A DNA stretch of 64,000 nt. Source: an uncultured delta proteobacterium (GTDB lineage Bacteria; Myxococcota; Kuafuiibacteriia; Kuafuiibacteriales; Kuafuiibacteriaceae). The first letter of the stretch is position 1. Each line of letters starts with the position of its first letter. Below the pieces are notes generated by a model that made no database searches, was not told the DNA's origin, and saw only the letters and a list, made by a program, of their open reading frames with translations. A program made the position numbers and the translations under genes. Location: NCBI GenBank assembly GCA_963803435.1, contig CAWDML010000007.1, forward strand, positions 160,001 through 224,000, in the 5' to 3' direction. Below are positions 1-9,922 of this stretch, piece after piece.

Positions 1-655
1 CGTACCTCATCCGACTCTTCACCGTGTTTTCGGGAACGCCGACGACCGACGCGATGTCTTTGAACGGCATCCCCGCGTACTCACGCATCACGAACACCTC
101 GCGCTGCTCCTCCGGGAGCGACGAGAGGGCCCTCTCCAGCTTGGGACGCAAGCGCTCGCTCTCGGCGCCCCGATCCGGCGAGATCCCTTCCTCGTCCCGG
201 ACCCGATCGCCGAGCGTGGCACCGTCGTCCTCTGCTCCATTCAACGACTGATCGAGCGAAGCGGTCTTGCGATAGCTCGCCTTTCTGAGAGCGTCGATGC
301 AGTGATTTCGGGCGATGGTGTAGAGCCAGGTGGTGAACTTGGCCTGTCGTTCCCATGACTTGGCCGACTTCACCACCTTGAGGAACACCTCCTGGAGCGC
401 ATCCTCTGCCGCGGTCCGGTCGCCGACCATCCTGAGGCAGAAGTTGAACACCGGCTTCCGGTGGCGCGCGAGCAGCTGCTCGAACGCCTTGGCATCGCCC
501 TTCTTGAACGCCGTCATCAGCCGCGTGTCTTCGCGCTCGGCCGCCTCGGCCTCGGGGCTGACCGGCGCACGGGTGGCGCGGCGTCGCTGGGCGGGCGCCT
601 TCTCCTCAATCGCGGTCTCTTCGGCCGCGACGACCTCTTGTGACGGCCCAGCCAA
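1..655 (-). CDS. ECF-type RNA polymerase sigma-70 factor, 3' end beyond window (absent from ORF track)
   Basis: Manual minus-strand translation gives region 2 (AEDALQEVFLKV..KFTTWLYTIARNHCID) and region 4 (LPEEQREVFVMREYAGMPFKDIASVVGVPENTVKSRMRY). TTG start at 655 abuts the upstream TAG. Confidence 0.9.
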   Translation of the reverse strand, partial: MAGPSQEVVAAEETAIEEKAPAQRRRATRAPVSPEAEAAEREDTRLMTAFKKGDAKAFEQLLARHRKPVFNFCLRMVGDRTAAEDALQEVFLKVVKSAKSWERQAKFTTWLYTIARNHCIDALRKASYRKTASLDQSLNGAEDDGATLGDRVRDEEGISPDRGAESERLRPKLERALSSLPEEQREVFVMREYAGMPFKDIASVVGVPENTVKSRMRY

Positions 656-2806
656 CTATCGGTCGGCGTCGAGAGTCAGCTCGAGCGCCAACTCCTCCTC
701 GTCTATCACACCGTTCTTGATCAACAGCCGGCCCAGCGCGAGGACCAGCTCCGCGCGCTCCGCAGACTTCAGAGACCGCCCCTGCATCAACGCCCGCACC
801 AGGTCGCGCGCGCGATCGTCCGCGTCGCCCTCGCGGATCTCGGTCATCTCGACCGGCTGCTCCATCACGATCGGATCGCTGAACTGACCGTCGAGCGCCG
901 AGAGCACGGCGTCGCGATCCACCTCCTCGCTCGACGGCGTCGGCTCCGGATCCTCGAGATCCTCGATCCGCACCTCGGGCAGATCCGCGAGCGGCACCGA
1001 GCTCGTCTCGATGCGCGGGTTGGTCGACTCGTCGAAGAGGCGCGTCGCCGGCGGTGGCTGGACGACGAACGCCGGGCCCGGCACCTCGTCCGAGCCCGTG
1101 TCCTCCTGCACCGGCTCGGCGTCCATCAGCGACATCAAGCTCGACGGCTCGATCACCGGCATCGCGTCGGCGTCCGAGTCGTCCGGGCGCGCCAGCGCCA
1201 ATCGCGGCGCCACGCTCGCAGGTGCCGCTTCGTCCATCCGCTTCGCGGGCGCGGGCGGATCCGACTTCTTCTTGGGCGGCGGAGGAGCGACGTCGAGCGC
1301 GGCCACGAAGTCGAGGGCCGGTACGCTCCGCCGCGGATCGGCGTCCGTCCGGAGATCCGCCGTGGGCGGGACGCTCTGCCGCGCCTCCACCGCCGCCTTC
1401 GACATCGGGATGTCGCCCCCGATGAGGGCGCGGTTGGGCCGGCCCGACTCGGGGAGCGGCGGCGGCTCGAAGTGATCGGAGCTGAAGTCGATCGCCGGGA
1501 TGATCCCGGTCCGCTCGAGGCCGGTCGGAACGTCGTCGAAGGTGGGCCCGCCGAAGGGGTGATTGGCCTCGTCGATCTCGATGGGGATCTCGAACGCGCG
1601 GACCAGCTCGCTCGACGCCACCGAGTCCAGGTGGACCGGCTGCGCCTGCATCGCGATCACCTGGACCTCGCTCAACTCCTCCAGTTCGATCTGCGAGGTC
1701 GAGATGTCCTCGGCTTCAATCTCGATCAGCTCGGCCGGTTCGTCGTGATCCGGATCGAGGTTGGCGAGGCGCGCCTCGGTCGTCACCGGCTCGACCTCGG
1801 AGCGCGACTGCTGGTTGCCGGCAGGCTGCGAGAGGCCACCCGGCGGCGACCAGTCGCGGACGGCCAGATCCCAATCCTGCTGAGGGACGTGATCGTCGAT
1901 GCGCGTCTTCGGCTCCTCCTCGAGCGCATCGAGCGGCATCGGGTGAATCAGATCCTGCGCCGTGAGCCGGAACGGCTCGGGCTTGGACGCGCGCCGCAAG
2001 CCGGTCGGCGGCGGCGGCTGCGGCGGCGTCGCGCGCGGCGGCGTGGTCGGCACCTTCGACGGCGGCGCAGCCCTCGGCGCGGGCGTCGTCTGATGCGTTC
2101 GGCTCGGCATGGCGGCGCGGACGAGCTCGGTCGGCCCGCCGGTCGCCGGATCGGTGGGGCGGAGCGGAGCCGAGGCCGGCGCCGAGATCGGTCGATGGTT
2201 TCGCGGCGCCGGGGGTGGCGCGGCCGGCGGCGTCTCGAGCTTTCGCATGGCCGGCGGGTTGATCGGCTTGGCCGGCGGCGCCGCCAGGTTCGGCGGAGGC
2301 TGCGGCGGCGGCGGTGGCGTGGCCGGCGGCATCGGCGGGACGTGCTTGCCCTGGATCGCCCGGTACTGGGTATCGATCGCGGTGTCGACCTCGCTCGCGC
2401 TCGCCATCAGGACCCGGACTTGACGGCCGGTGACGCGCTGAACCTCCCCGATCGCCTCGCTGTCGAGCGGATCGGCCATGACCAGGTAGAGGAACTCGGC
2501 CCCGTTGGCCCGCTTGATGGCGATGGGCAGCACCCCATACTTGATCGCGATCTGCGCCGGGATCAGCGCCAGCACGCGCTCGTGAATCTTGAGAGAAGAG
2601 ACGTTGACGACCTCGAGTCCGAGCTTCGCGGCGACCGCTTTGGTCAGCCGCTCCTCGTCGACGACCCGCTTGTCGCCCAGAATACGCGGCAGCCGCCTCC
2701 CGGACGTGCGCTGCTCCGCGACCGCGGCCTCGAGCGTCTGCTCATCGAGCAGGCCCATCTCAAGCAGCAAGTCGCCCATTCGACTGCGCTCTGCTCTGAC
2801 CGCCAC
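656..2806 (-). CDS. MshEN / GspE N-terminal domain protein with long Pro-rich and acidic tail, no ATPase domain
   Basis: RMGDLLLEMGLLDEQTLEAAVAEQ MshEN motif, then YGVLPI..LYLVMADPLD (T2SSE_N). No Walker A motif. Confidence 0.8.
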   Translation of the reverse strand: MAVRAERSRMGDLLLEMGLLDEQTLEAAVAEQRTSGRRLPRILGDKRVVDEERLTKAVAAKLGLEVVNVSSLKIHERVLALIPAQIAIKYGVLPIAIKRANGAEFLYLVMADPLDSEAIGEVQRVTGRQVRVLMASASEVDTAIDTQYRAIQGKHVPPMPPATPPPPPQPPPNLAAPPAKPINPPAMRKLETPPAAPPPAPRNHRPISAPASAPLRPTDPATGGPTELVRAAMPSRTHQTTPAPRAAPPSKVPTTPPRATPPQPPPPTGLRRASKPEPFRLTAQDLIHPMPLDALEEEPKTRIDDHVPQQDWDLAVRDWSPPGGLSQPAGNQQSRSEVEPVTTEARLANLDPDHDEPAELIEIEAEDISTSQIELEELSEVQVIAMQAQPVHLDSVASSELVRAFEIPIEIDEANHPFGGPTFDDVPTGLERTGIIPAIDFSSDHFEPPPLPESGRPNRALIGGDIPMSKAAVEARQSVPPTADLRTDADPRRSVPALDFVAALDVAPPPPKKKSDPPAPAKRMDEAAPASVAPRLALARPDDSDADAMPVIEPSSLMSLMDAEPVQEDTGSDEVPGPAFVVQPPPATRLFDESTNPRIETSSVPLADLPEVRIEDLEDPEPTPSSEEVDRDAVLSALDGQFSDPIVMEQPVEMTEIREGDADDRARDLVRALMQGRSLKSAERAELVLALGRLLIKNGVIDEEELALELTLDADR

Positions 2807-2826
2807 GCGCTATCCAGCCTTCCTGC

Positions 2827-3555
2827 TCACCGCTTGTTGACGAGCTCCATGTACTCGTCCCGGGAAAAGACACCTTTCTCGATCAACAGCTCCACCATGG
2901 CCCGGATCGCTTTCTTTTGCTGCTGCTGCGCGCCGTCGAGTCGACGCGCCAGGTCGACCGCCTCGCTCCGCTCGGGCTCCAGCCTCGGCGGCGTGGACGG
3001 CGGCGGCGGCGGCTCGCGTTCGCCGCCCTCGAGGGCCAGCCCCGAGGCCGCCATCGCCGCCTGGCTCGGTTCGGCCCCGTACCGCCGGGATTCGAAGCTG
3101 CTGCCGAAGGCAATCCCATGTCCGAGGTACTGATCGATCGCGTCGTTGATCTGTCCGTCGCCCGCGATCGTCGTCTGAATCTTGAAGCCGGTCTTGAAGG
3201 CCACCTCATCGATGGCGGCGACGTTCGTGGGATCGACCATCGCGATCGTGAGAGTCTTGGAGCCCGGATCGAAATGCTCGGGACACATCCCGTTGGCTCG
3301 CGCAAACGCGACGTCGACCTTCTGAAGGACCTCCGGCGGGATGTTGACGTTGTGGAAGGTCGCACGCGCAATCCCGAGCTGCTTCGAGAGCGCCTTCACG
3401 ATGAGGTCCTCGGTCACGAAGCTCATGTCGACCAGGATCTTTCCCAACCGACCTCCCCACCGCTTCTGCTCGGCAAGGGCGGCGTTCAGCTTGGTCTCGT
3501 CGAGGATCCCGGCCCGCACCAGGAGCTCGCCCAACTTGATCCTGTGGGTCGCCAT
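2827..3555 (-). CDS. Stand-alone MshEN / GspE N-terminal domain protein
   Basis: Tandem KLGELLVRAGILDETKLNAALAEQ-KRWGG-RLGKILVDMSFV motif and LTIAMVDP. ATG at 3555 preferred. Confidence 0.85.
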   Translation of the reverse strand: MATHRIKLGELLVRAGILDETKLNAALAEQKRWGGRLGKILVDMSFVTEDLIVKALSKQLGIARATFHNVNIPPEVLQKVDVAFARANGMCPEHFDPGSKTLTIAMVDPTNVAAIDEVAFKTGFKIQTTIAGDGQINDAIDQYLGHGIAFGSSFESRRYGAEPSQAAMAASGLALEGGEREPPPPPSTPPRLEPERSEAVDLARRLDGAQQQQKKAIRAMVELLIEKGVFSRDEYMELVNKR

Positions 3556-3659
3556 CGCGTGCGTCGTGAGGCACGACACCTTAACTCCCTTTTTGGGACG
3601 CCTGCCACTTCTGCTCACCACCGAAGTGCGAGGGGCGCGCACGTTTCGTCAGGCGAGAC

Positions 3660-4454
3660 TCAAGGGACCTCGGCCAGGGGCTCGGGCTCGACACCCGGGG
3701 GCGGTGTGATGCGAAACAGCGCAGCTGCCAGGGTCACGTCGACCTCGGCCTCCTCCAGCTTGATGCGCACATCCAACCCCCGATCGGGCAGCTCGATGTG
3801 GATCTTGTGAGGCAGCTCTCCAGTCGCGCCCTCGATCCGCTCGAAGTCATCGAACTCCACGGACAGCCGCGGCTTCGACGCCTGCGCGCCCAGGGTCATC
3901 TTCTCGACCACCTTCCGCACCGGATCGACGGTGAGACGGTTGATCTCGACCCCATCGTCCAGGGTCAGGATCCAGTGCTCGCCGTCCTCGGCCCACTCCA
4001 GCGCCTTCGGCTCGAACCTCGAAGAGGTGGGCACACCGCCGAGCAGGGTGTCGACGACCTCCTCCGGATTCATCGCGAGCGGAAGCAGCCGGGAGATGTT
4101 CTCGGGCGTCGCGGGTCCCTCGCGGAGCCGGTTCTTGGAGAGCAGCCAGAGCTTCGATCCGTCCGAGGCCATCACGTCGATCGGCTGCTCGAACGGCGAG
4201 ATCGTCTCCACGCGAAACGACCTCGGGCGCTCGGCGAGCAGCACCGCCTTCACGCGCGCGCGGTTCTTGGGTCCGAAGTACGTGACCCGGGCGAGCGCAC
4301 GCATGTTCCTCCGGCCGGCGCCCTGCGCTCGGAGCTGCGCCAGCGCCTCCGTCGCGGACGGCAAGGGTCGCGTGTCCGGTGGCCGCAGGGGCTGCGGCCT
4401 GCAAGCCAACAGCGCAAGACAGCTTGCAACCACCAGGACGACGCGTACGCTCAT
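3660..4454 (-). CDS. Lipoprotein, DUF4292 / LolB-LolA-like fold
   Basis: Lipobox LALLAC, RSFRVETISPF segment, located directly downstream of a TPR gene. Confidence 0.65.
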   Translation of the reverse strand: MSVRVVLVVASCLALLACRPQPLRPPDTRPLPSATEALAQLRAQGAGRRNMRALARVTYFGPKNRARVKAVLLAERPRSFRVETISPFEQPIDVMASDGSKLWLLSKNRLREGPATPENISRLLPLAMNPEEVVDTLLGGVPTSSRFEPKALEWAEDGEHWILTLDDGVEINRLTVDPVRKVVEKMTLGAQASKPRLSVEFDDFERIEGATGELPHKIHIELPDRGLDVRIKLEEAEVDVTLAAALFRITPPPGVEPEPLAEVP

Positions 4455-6356
4455 CTATCTCTGCTCCAGCTTGGCGCGCAGCCGATCGCGATCCTGCGTG
4501 GCGCCGGGCTCGCGCGCGCGGATCCGGCCGCGAACCAGCTCGATCGCTCGCTGGTAAACCGCCCGCGCACCCTTATGGTTCCCGAGTGCACGCATGACGT
4601 CGCCCATGTGCTCTGCGATCTCGGGATCCCGCGGGGCCAGTCGGCTCGCGCGGCGCAGCGCGTGCTCGGCTTCGGTGAGCCGCCCCCGCCGGAACAGCAC
4701 CCACCCATAAGAGTCGATGACAGCGGCGGAGCGGGGCTCGATCCCGAGGGCCCGCCGGACCAACTCCTCCGCCTCGTCGAGGTTCCGGCCCTCCTCGGCG
4801 TAGGCGTAGCCGAGGAAGTTGAGCGTCTCGGCCTCCGCATCCGAACCCGTGAGCTTGGAGAGCGTCTCGATCGCGCGCCTCTTCTCCTCCACATCCCACA
4901 GGAACGAGGCGAGCAACAGCCGACCCTCGCGATCGCCGTCCACCGTGAGGGCGCTCATGAGACGGCGCGCCTCGTCCTTGCGCCCGTGGCGGGCCAGGAT
5001 CGACGCCTCCACGCCCGCCAGCTTCCTCCGCGTGGACACGTCGCCGGGCGCCTCGCGGAGCAGCACCACCGCGCCGTCGACGTCGCCCTTTCGCTCGATC
5101 AGCTGCGCGAGGAGCCCGAGCATCGGCGCCGAGCCGGACTTCTTCTCGAGGCCGTTGCGGAGCGCGATCTCGGAGCGCTCGAGCTTGCCCTCCCGCATCA
5201 GGATCTCGGCCATCGACACGCGGGCGTCGTCGTACAGGTCGCTCTCCGGACCGATGTGCTCGAGCTCGGCCAGCGCCTCTTCGTCGCGGCCGATGCGGTT
5301 CAACGCAATCGCGAGCGCGTGTCGGCACCAATCGTCCGGCTTCTCGCGCACCACCTCGCGGAGGACCTCGGCCGCACGCTCGTTGCGACCTTCGGACAGC
5401 AACATGAAGCCGATCCGCCGTTGCGTCTCGATGGAGGACGAGCTCGCCTCGAGCCGCTCCAGGTACTCGCCGGCGGCGTCGTCGCGGTCGAGCCGCAGCT
5501 CGGCGCGGGCGGCCTCGAGCAGCGCGACCGGCTCCTGCGGGTGAGCCTCGACGAACGCCCGCCAGCGGACCGCGGCATCCTCGGGTCGCCCGAGCCGCTC
5601 CAGCGCGTCGGACAGCTCGAGCATCAGCTCGGTGTCGTGGGGATCGCGGGTCATCGCCCGCTCGAGCGCCCGCGCGGCCGGGCCCCAGCTGCGGTCGGCC
5701 TTCTCCAGCTTCGCCAGCGCCGCCAACGCCTCCGTGGACTGGGGCGCCCGCTCCGCACCCCGCTCCAGGACCCGCACGGCCTCACGGATCCGGCCCCGCC
5801 GCTCCAGGATCGCCGCGACGCCCAGCACGCCCCGCATGTCGTCGGGCGCCACCGAGACGGCCTTCCGGAAGGCGCGCTCGGCGTCGGCGAGCTGGTCGCC
5901 CTCGGCGGCGATCTGTCCCGACAACAGGAGCGCCTCCAGGTGGGCCGGCTGGCGCTCGAGCACCCGCGCCACCAGCTTCTTCGCCTTGCCCGTCTGACCG
6001 AGCGCGCGCGAGGCCCGCGCCAGCTCGAGCGCGAGGTAGATCGACTCGGGATCGTAGACGAGCGCCAGCTGGAGCTCCTCGGCGGCGTTCGAGCCCTCAC
6101 CCGCGAGCGCCGCAATCTCGGCGCGCATCGCATGCAAGTAGGCTTGCGAGCTGATGTAGCGCTTGTCGCGGGGCGACGGCGGACGGCGGGCATCGGCGCG
6201 CGCCATCCTCCGGCCGCCTTTTCCATAGTCTGGCCGAGCTGACCCCGTCGACGTGTATAACGTCGCGCTCAAGAAAGCGGTGAGCGCTACGCCCGCACGC
6301 AAGCTCCGGCTAAGCACGCGTTTTTCGACGGTATCACGGGGACGCAGCTTTGACAC
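4455..6356 (-). CDS. Tetratricopeptide repeat protein, probably exported
   Basis: Many TPR units, including TLNFLGYAYAEEGRNLDEAE..IDSYGWVLF..EIAEHMGD. N-terminal hydrophobic segment. Start uncertain. Confidence 0.85.
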   Translation of the reverse strand: MSKLRPRDTVEKRVLSRSLRAGVALTAFLSATLYTSTGSARPDYGKGGRRMARADARRPPSPRDKRYISSQAYLHAMRAEIAALAGEGSNAAEELQLALVYDPESIYLALELARASRALGQTGKAKKLVARVLERQPAHLEALLLSGQIAAEGDQLADAERAFRKAVSVAPDDMRGVLGVAAILERRGRIREAVRVLERGAERAPQSTEALAALAKLEKADRSWGPAARALERAMTRDPHDTELMLELSDALERLGRPEDAAVRWRAFVEAHPQEPVALLEAARAELRLDRDDAAGEYLERLEASSSSIETQRRIGFMLLSEGRNERAAEVLREVVREKPDDWCRHALAIALNRIGRDEEALAELEHIGPESDLYDDARVSMAEILMREGKLERSEIALRNGLEKKSGSAPMLGLLAQLIERKGDVDGAVVLLREAPGDVSTRRKLAGVEASILARHGRKDEARRLMSALTVDGDREGRLLLASFLWDVEEKRRAIETLSKLTGSDAEAETLNFLGYAYAEEGRNLDEAEELVRRALGIEPRSAAVIDSYGWVLFRRGRLTEAEHALRRASRLAPRDPEIAEHMGDVMRALGNHKGARAVYQRAIELVRGRIRAREPGATQDRDRLRAKLEQR

Positions 6357-6409
6357 GGGTTCAGGGTGGTCGCTATGCTCCGCGCGCCCGGGCGCCGGAA
6401 CGGTACGAG

Positions 6410-8524
6410 ATGGGACGAACGGAAAGCCTCCTGCTCATCATGGCGATCGCAATCATCGCCCCTTCCGCCTACGGTCAGGCGACGCCTGATATTCCGGAGG
6501 CACCTCCGCCCGCCCCCGGTCCACCGCCTCCGGCGACCGAGGCGGAGACGCCGCCGCCTCCTCCGCCGGACGCCGCCGCCCCTGCGCGGAAGACGCGGAA
6601 CGAGCCCGCCGAACCCGCCGTCAAGGCCACCACGGCGAAGCCCGAGGCGCGCCGCACCTCCGGACGCCTGGCCGTGTCGCCCAGCGGCGAGACCGGGCTC
6701 TACCGGATCGCCGCGGCGGAGAGCGTCGACCCGGGGCTGATTCGACTCTCCTTCGGCCTGGACTTCTTCGCGGTCAACTCGTTCATCGCCGCCGACGACA
6801 GCCACTCGATGATCGGCGGGACGCTCGCGCTCTCGGCCTCGCCCATCGACTATCTCGAGCTCTGGCTCTCGATGCGGGCCCAATCCAACAGCGACAACTA
6901 CACCAGCCCCACGCTGCTGCAGTCGCTGGGCGATTGGAGCCTGGGCATCAAGGGCTTTTATCCCGTCGCCAAGCTGGCGACGGTCGGCGTCGACGTCCAG
7001 GCCACCTTCCTCTCGGGGATCGGCTCGGCGAGCCTCGACTTCGGCGCCACGAACCTTCAATTCCGCGCCCTGCTCACCAGCGATCTCTACCGGGCCACCG
7101 AGAAGATCCCGGTGCGCCTGCACCTGAACGTCGGCTTCCTGCTCGACAACTCGGACCACCTGGTCGCCCAGGGCGCCGCGCTCACCAACGCGGAGCGCTT
7201 CGCGTTGAGCGTCAGCGACTTCAACCGGGTCACGCTCGCGGCCGGGATCGAGGTCCCGGTGAAGTACGTGACGCTCTTCCTCGAATACTCGGCCGAGTTC
7301 CCGGTCGGCTATCTGGCGACGCCCGGCATCGTCATCACCAGCAACGCGCTGAGCCCTGCACAGACCACCGGCGCACCCCGGGTGGCCGATACTCTGGCGC
7401 GTCCCGCGGTCCAGCGCGTCATCCCGCAGCGCATCACGCCCGGCATCCGGATCACCGCGATCCCCAAGCTCACGCTGGACGTCGTGGCCGAAATCGGGAT
7501 CACGCCGGATGTCGCCACCGGCGTGCTGGCGGTGCCCCCATACAAGATCGCGCTCCTCGCCTCCTATCCGCTCGATCCCTTCGGCGAGACCGAGACCCGC
7601 GGGCCGCCGATCAGCGTGCCGGTGATCGTCCCCGAGACGGTCGAGCCGCCGCCCTCCACCGGCCGCATCGGCGGGATCGTCAAGAACAAGGCGGACCACA
7701 GCCCGCTCTCGGGCGCGATCGTCCGCTTCGATCGAGCGCCGCCCGTCGCCACCGGCGACGACGGCCGCTTCACCTCCCACGCGCTCGAGCCGGGCCCCGT
7801 CGCGGTCACGGTGCAGAAGGACGGGTTCCAGGCTGGGACCGCCAACCTCGACGTGACGGTCGGCGACACGGCCGAGCTCGACGTCGAGCTGGTCCCCACC
7901 ATCAAGGAGGGCATGCTGAAGGGCCGCGTGGTGGACGAGAAGGACCAGCCTCTCGCGGGCATCACCGTGGCCGTCCAAGGCCCGACACAGGAGTCGCTCA
8001 CCACCGACGCGCAGGGTCAGTTCGAGACCAGCGCGCGGGCCGGCAAGTACGAGATCACCGTCGAGCACGAGGGCTACCTGCGGAAGGCGCGCACCCACGA
8101 GCTCCAGGGCGGTGAGACCTACACCGCCGATTTCTTGATCCGGAAGCCGCCCAAGGAGAAGCTCGTCGAGGTCCGCGGGAATCGGATCCTGGTGAAGAAG
8201 TCCGTCCACTTCGTCACCGGCGAGGCGCACCTCGCGCCCGACGCAGCGGCCCTCCTCGACAACGTCGTGGACGTCCTCGTGGAGAAGCCGGCGATCCGTG
8301 TGCGGGTCGAGGGCCACACGGACAACGTCGGCAGCGACGAGACCAACATGCAGCTATCCAAGGATCGGGCCGAGGCGGTCGTGCAATACCTCGCCTCTCA
8401 GGGCATCGATGCCAGCCGACTGTCCGCGGAGGGCTTCGGGTCCACCCGCCCGATCGCGCCAAACCTGACGCGGCGTGGACGCGAACAGAATCGACGCGTA
8501 GAGTTCCATATCGTGGAGCAGTAG
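6410..8524 (+). CDS. OmpA-family outer membrane protein with carboxypeptidase-regulatory-like Ig repeats
   Basis: Signal peptide, Pro-rich linker, beta-barrel-like region, two Ig-like repeats, C-terminal VEGHTDNVG..LSKDRAEAV..NRRVEF. Confidence 0.85.
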   Translation: MGRTESLLLIMAIAIIAPSAYGQATPDIPEAPPPAPGPPPPATEAETPPPPPPDAAAPARKTRNEPAEPAVKATTAKPEARRTSGRLAVSPSGETGLYRIAAAESVDPGLIRLSFGLDFFAVNSFIAADDSHSMIGGTLALSASPIDYLELWLSMRAQSNSDNYTSPTLLQSLGDWSLGIKGFYPVAKLATVGVDVQATFLSGIGSASLDFGATNLQFRALLTSDLYRATEKIPVRLHLNVGFLLDNSDHLVAQGAALTNAERFALSVSDFNRVTLAAGIEVPVKYVTLFLEYSAEFPVGYLATPGIVITSNALSPAQTTGAPRVADTLARPAVQRVIPQRITPGIRITAIPKLTLDVVAEIGITPDVATGVLAVPPYKIALLASYPLDPFGETETRGPPISVPVIVPETVEPPPSTGRIGGIVKNKADHSPLSGAIVRFDRAPPVATGDDGRFTSHALEPGPVAVTVQKDGFQAGTANLDVTVGDTAELDVELVPTIKEGMLKGRVVDEKDQPLAGITVAVQGPTQESLTTDAQGQFETSARAGKYEITVEHEGYLRKARTHELQGGETYTADFLIRKPPKEKLVEVRGNRILVKKSVHFVTGEAHLAPDAAALLDNVVDVLVEKPAIRVRVEGHTDNVGSDETNMQLSKDRAEAVVQYLASQGIDASRLSAEGFGSTRPIAPNLTRRGREQNRRVEFHIVEQ

Positions 8525-8526
8525 CG

Positions 8527-9648
8527 GTGAGTGATGAATCTACCTTCGAAGTCATACCTCACGGATCGCCCGAGCCGTCCAAAGCGGTGCTCTCGCTTTT
8601 GACCCGCCCGTCCAAGGGCAAGGTGTTGATCGTCGAGCCGGATCCGGATCTCGCACGCATTCTCGAGGTTCGCCTCGCGCGCGAGGGGCACGACGTGATC
8701 CTGACGAACGACGGCAGCGCTGCGGTTCGCGCGGCCGCCGAGGAGCACGTCGACGTCGCGCTGATCGATCAGACGCTCGACGACATCTCGATCTTCGAGG
8801 TGCTGAGCTCGCTCCAGGAGCGGTCGCCCCAGTTCGAGGGCATCCTGATGTCCGTCGACGCCACCACCGACTTCGTCCTGCGCGCCTACGCCGCCGGCGC
8901 GTTCGACGTCGTCGCGAAGCCGATCTCCGATCTCAAGATCGTGCTCCACAAGGTGAAGAAGGCCCTCGGGAAGGTGCTCGCGGAGCGCGACCGGCACGAG
9001 CTTGCGCGCGTGCTTCACGCCCAGACGCAGGACATCGCCAAGCGAGAGGTGCTCGCCATCCAGCACGGCGGCGATCAGCCCGAGGACGACGACTCCACGG
9101 CGCTCGACCTCGACAACATGTCGGGCGTCGATCCGCTGACGGGCCTGCCCAATCGGCGCGCCGCCGAGGAGCGCTTCCGCAAGGAGACGGCCCGGGCCCT
9201 CCGCTACGATCGCCCGTTGTGCATCGCGCTCGCCAGCGTCGACATGCTCGACGACGTCGTGACCCGACACGGGAGCGAGGTCGCCGACGGCGTGCTGCGC
9301 GGGATCGCGTCGATGTTCTCGGGCATGGTGCGGGACGTCGACTTCGTCGCGCGCCGCCAGGGCGGCGAGTTCCTCTTCATCTTCCCGGAGACACCCAAGG
9401 ACTCGGGCTACGTGGTGGTGGAGCGCATCCGCCAGCGTCTCGCGCAGACCTCGTTCACGGAGTCGTACGGGCTCGAAGACGCCGGCGAGTTCCACATCAC
9501 CGCGAGCTTCGGTGTCGCCGGACTGCCGACCGACACGATGAACGGCGAGATCCTCCACGACGCCGCCGAGGCCGCGCTCGATCGCGCGAAGGTCGAGGCC
9601 GACAAGGTCGTGCTGTTCGACGGCGCGATGGCCCACCACGCCGAGTGA
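8527..9648 (+). CDS. Receiver plus degenerate GGDEF domain protein
   Basis: REC domain (VLIVE..VALID..AKP), DPLTGLPNRR, I-site RDVD, active site reads QGGEF, ITASFGVA. Confidence 0.88.
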   Translation: MSDESTFEVIPHGSPEPSKAVLSLLTRPSKGKVLIVEPDPDLARILEVRLAREGHDVILTNDGSAAVRAAAEEHVDVALIDQTLDDISIFEVLSSLQERSPQFEGILMSVDATTDFVLRAYAAGAFDVVAKPISDLKIVLHKVKKALGKVLAERDRHELARVLHAQTQDIAKREVLAIQHGGDQPEDDDSTALDLDNMSGVDPLTGLPNRRAAEERFRKETARALRYDRPLCIALASVDMLDDVVTRHGSEVADGVLRGIASMFSGMVRDVDFVARRQGGEFLFIFPETPKDSGYVVVERIRQRLAQTSFTESYGLEDAGEFHITASFGVAGLPTDTMNGEILHDAAEAALDRAKVEADKVVLFDGAMAHHAE

Positions 9649-9922
9649 TCCCCACATCGGAGGAAGTCGCGCATCGCCCCGGGGCGGGTACGCGGCGGCG
9701 CGTCGGAATACGATTTTTTTGGAACAGACCCTGCGCAGAGACGCGCGGCCTCCCTCCACCCGCTCCATCGTCCGGTGTGGGACTGGTCGGCGGCCTCGAA
9801 CTCTGGCCCAATATCCGAGGCGGATCGTCATCGTGAGTCCACACCAGCAGTCGTACGTAAAGTGGCTAGGAGAAGTTGTCTCGAGCCTCCGCTTGTGAGC
9901 GTTTGGCGAGGACCGAAGCGTC

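Noticed and set aside
656-3555. Type II secretion or type IV pilus ATPase (gspE/pilB)
   Set aside because: Only the N-terminal MshEN domain is present; no Walker motifs and no other T2SS or T4P genes.
1472-8317. Long opposite-strand ORFs (e.g. 1472-3133, 3798-6242, 6287-8317, and 12545-15457 further on)
   Set aside because: Antisense shadows of well-supported genes, expected from high-GC codon bias; no motifs.
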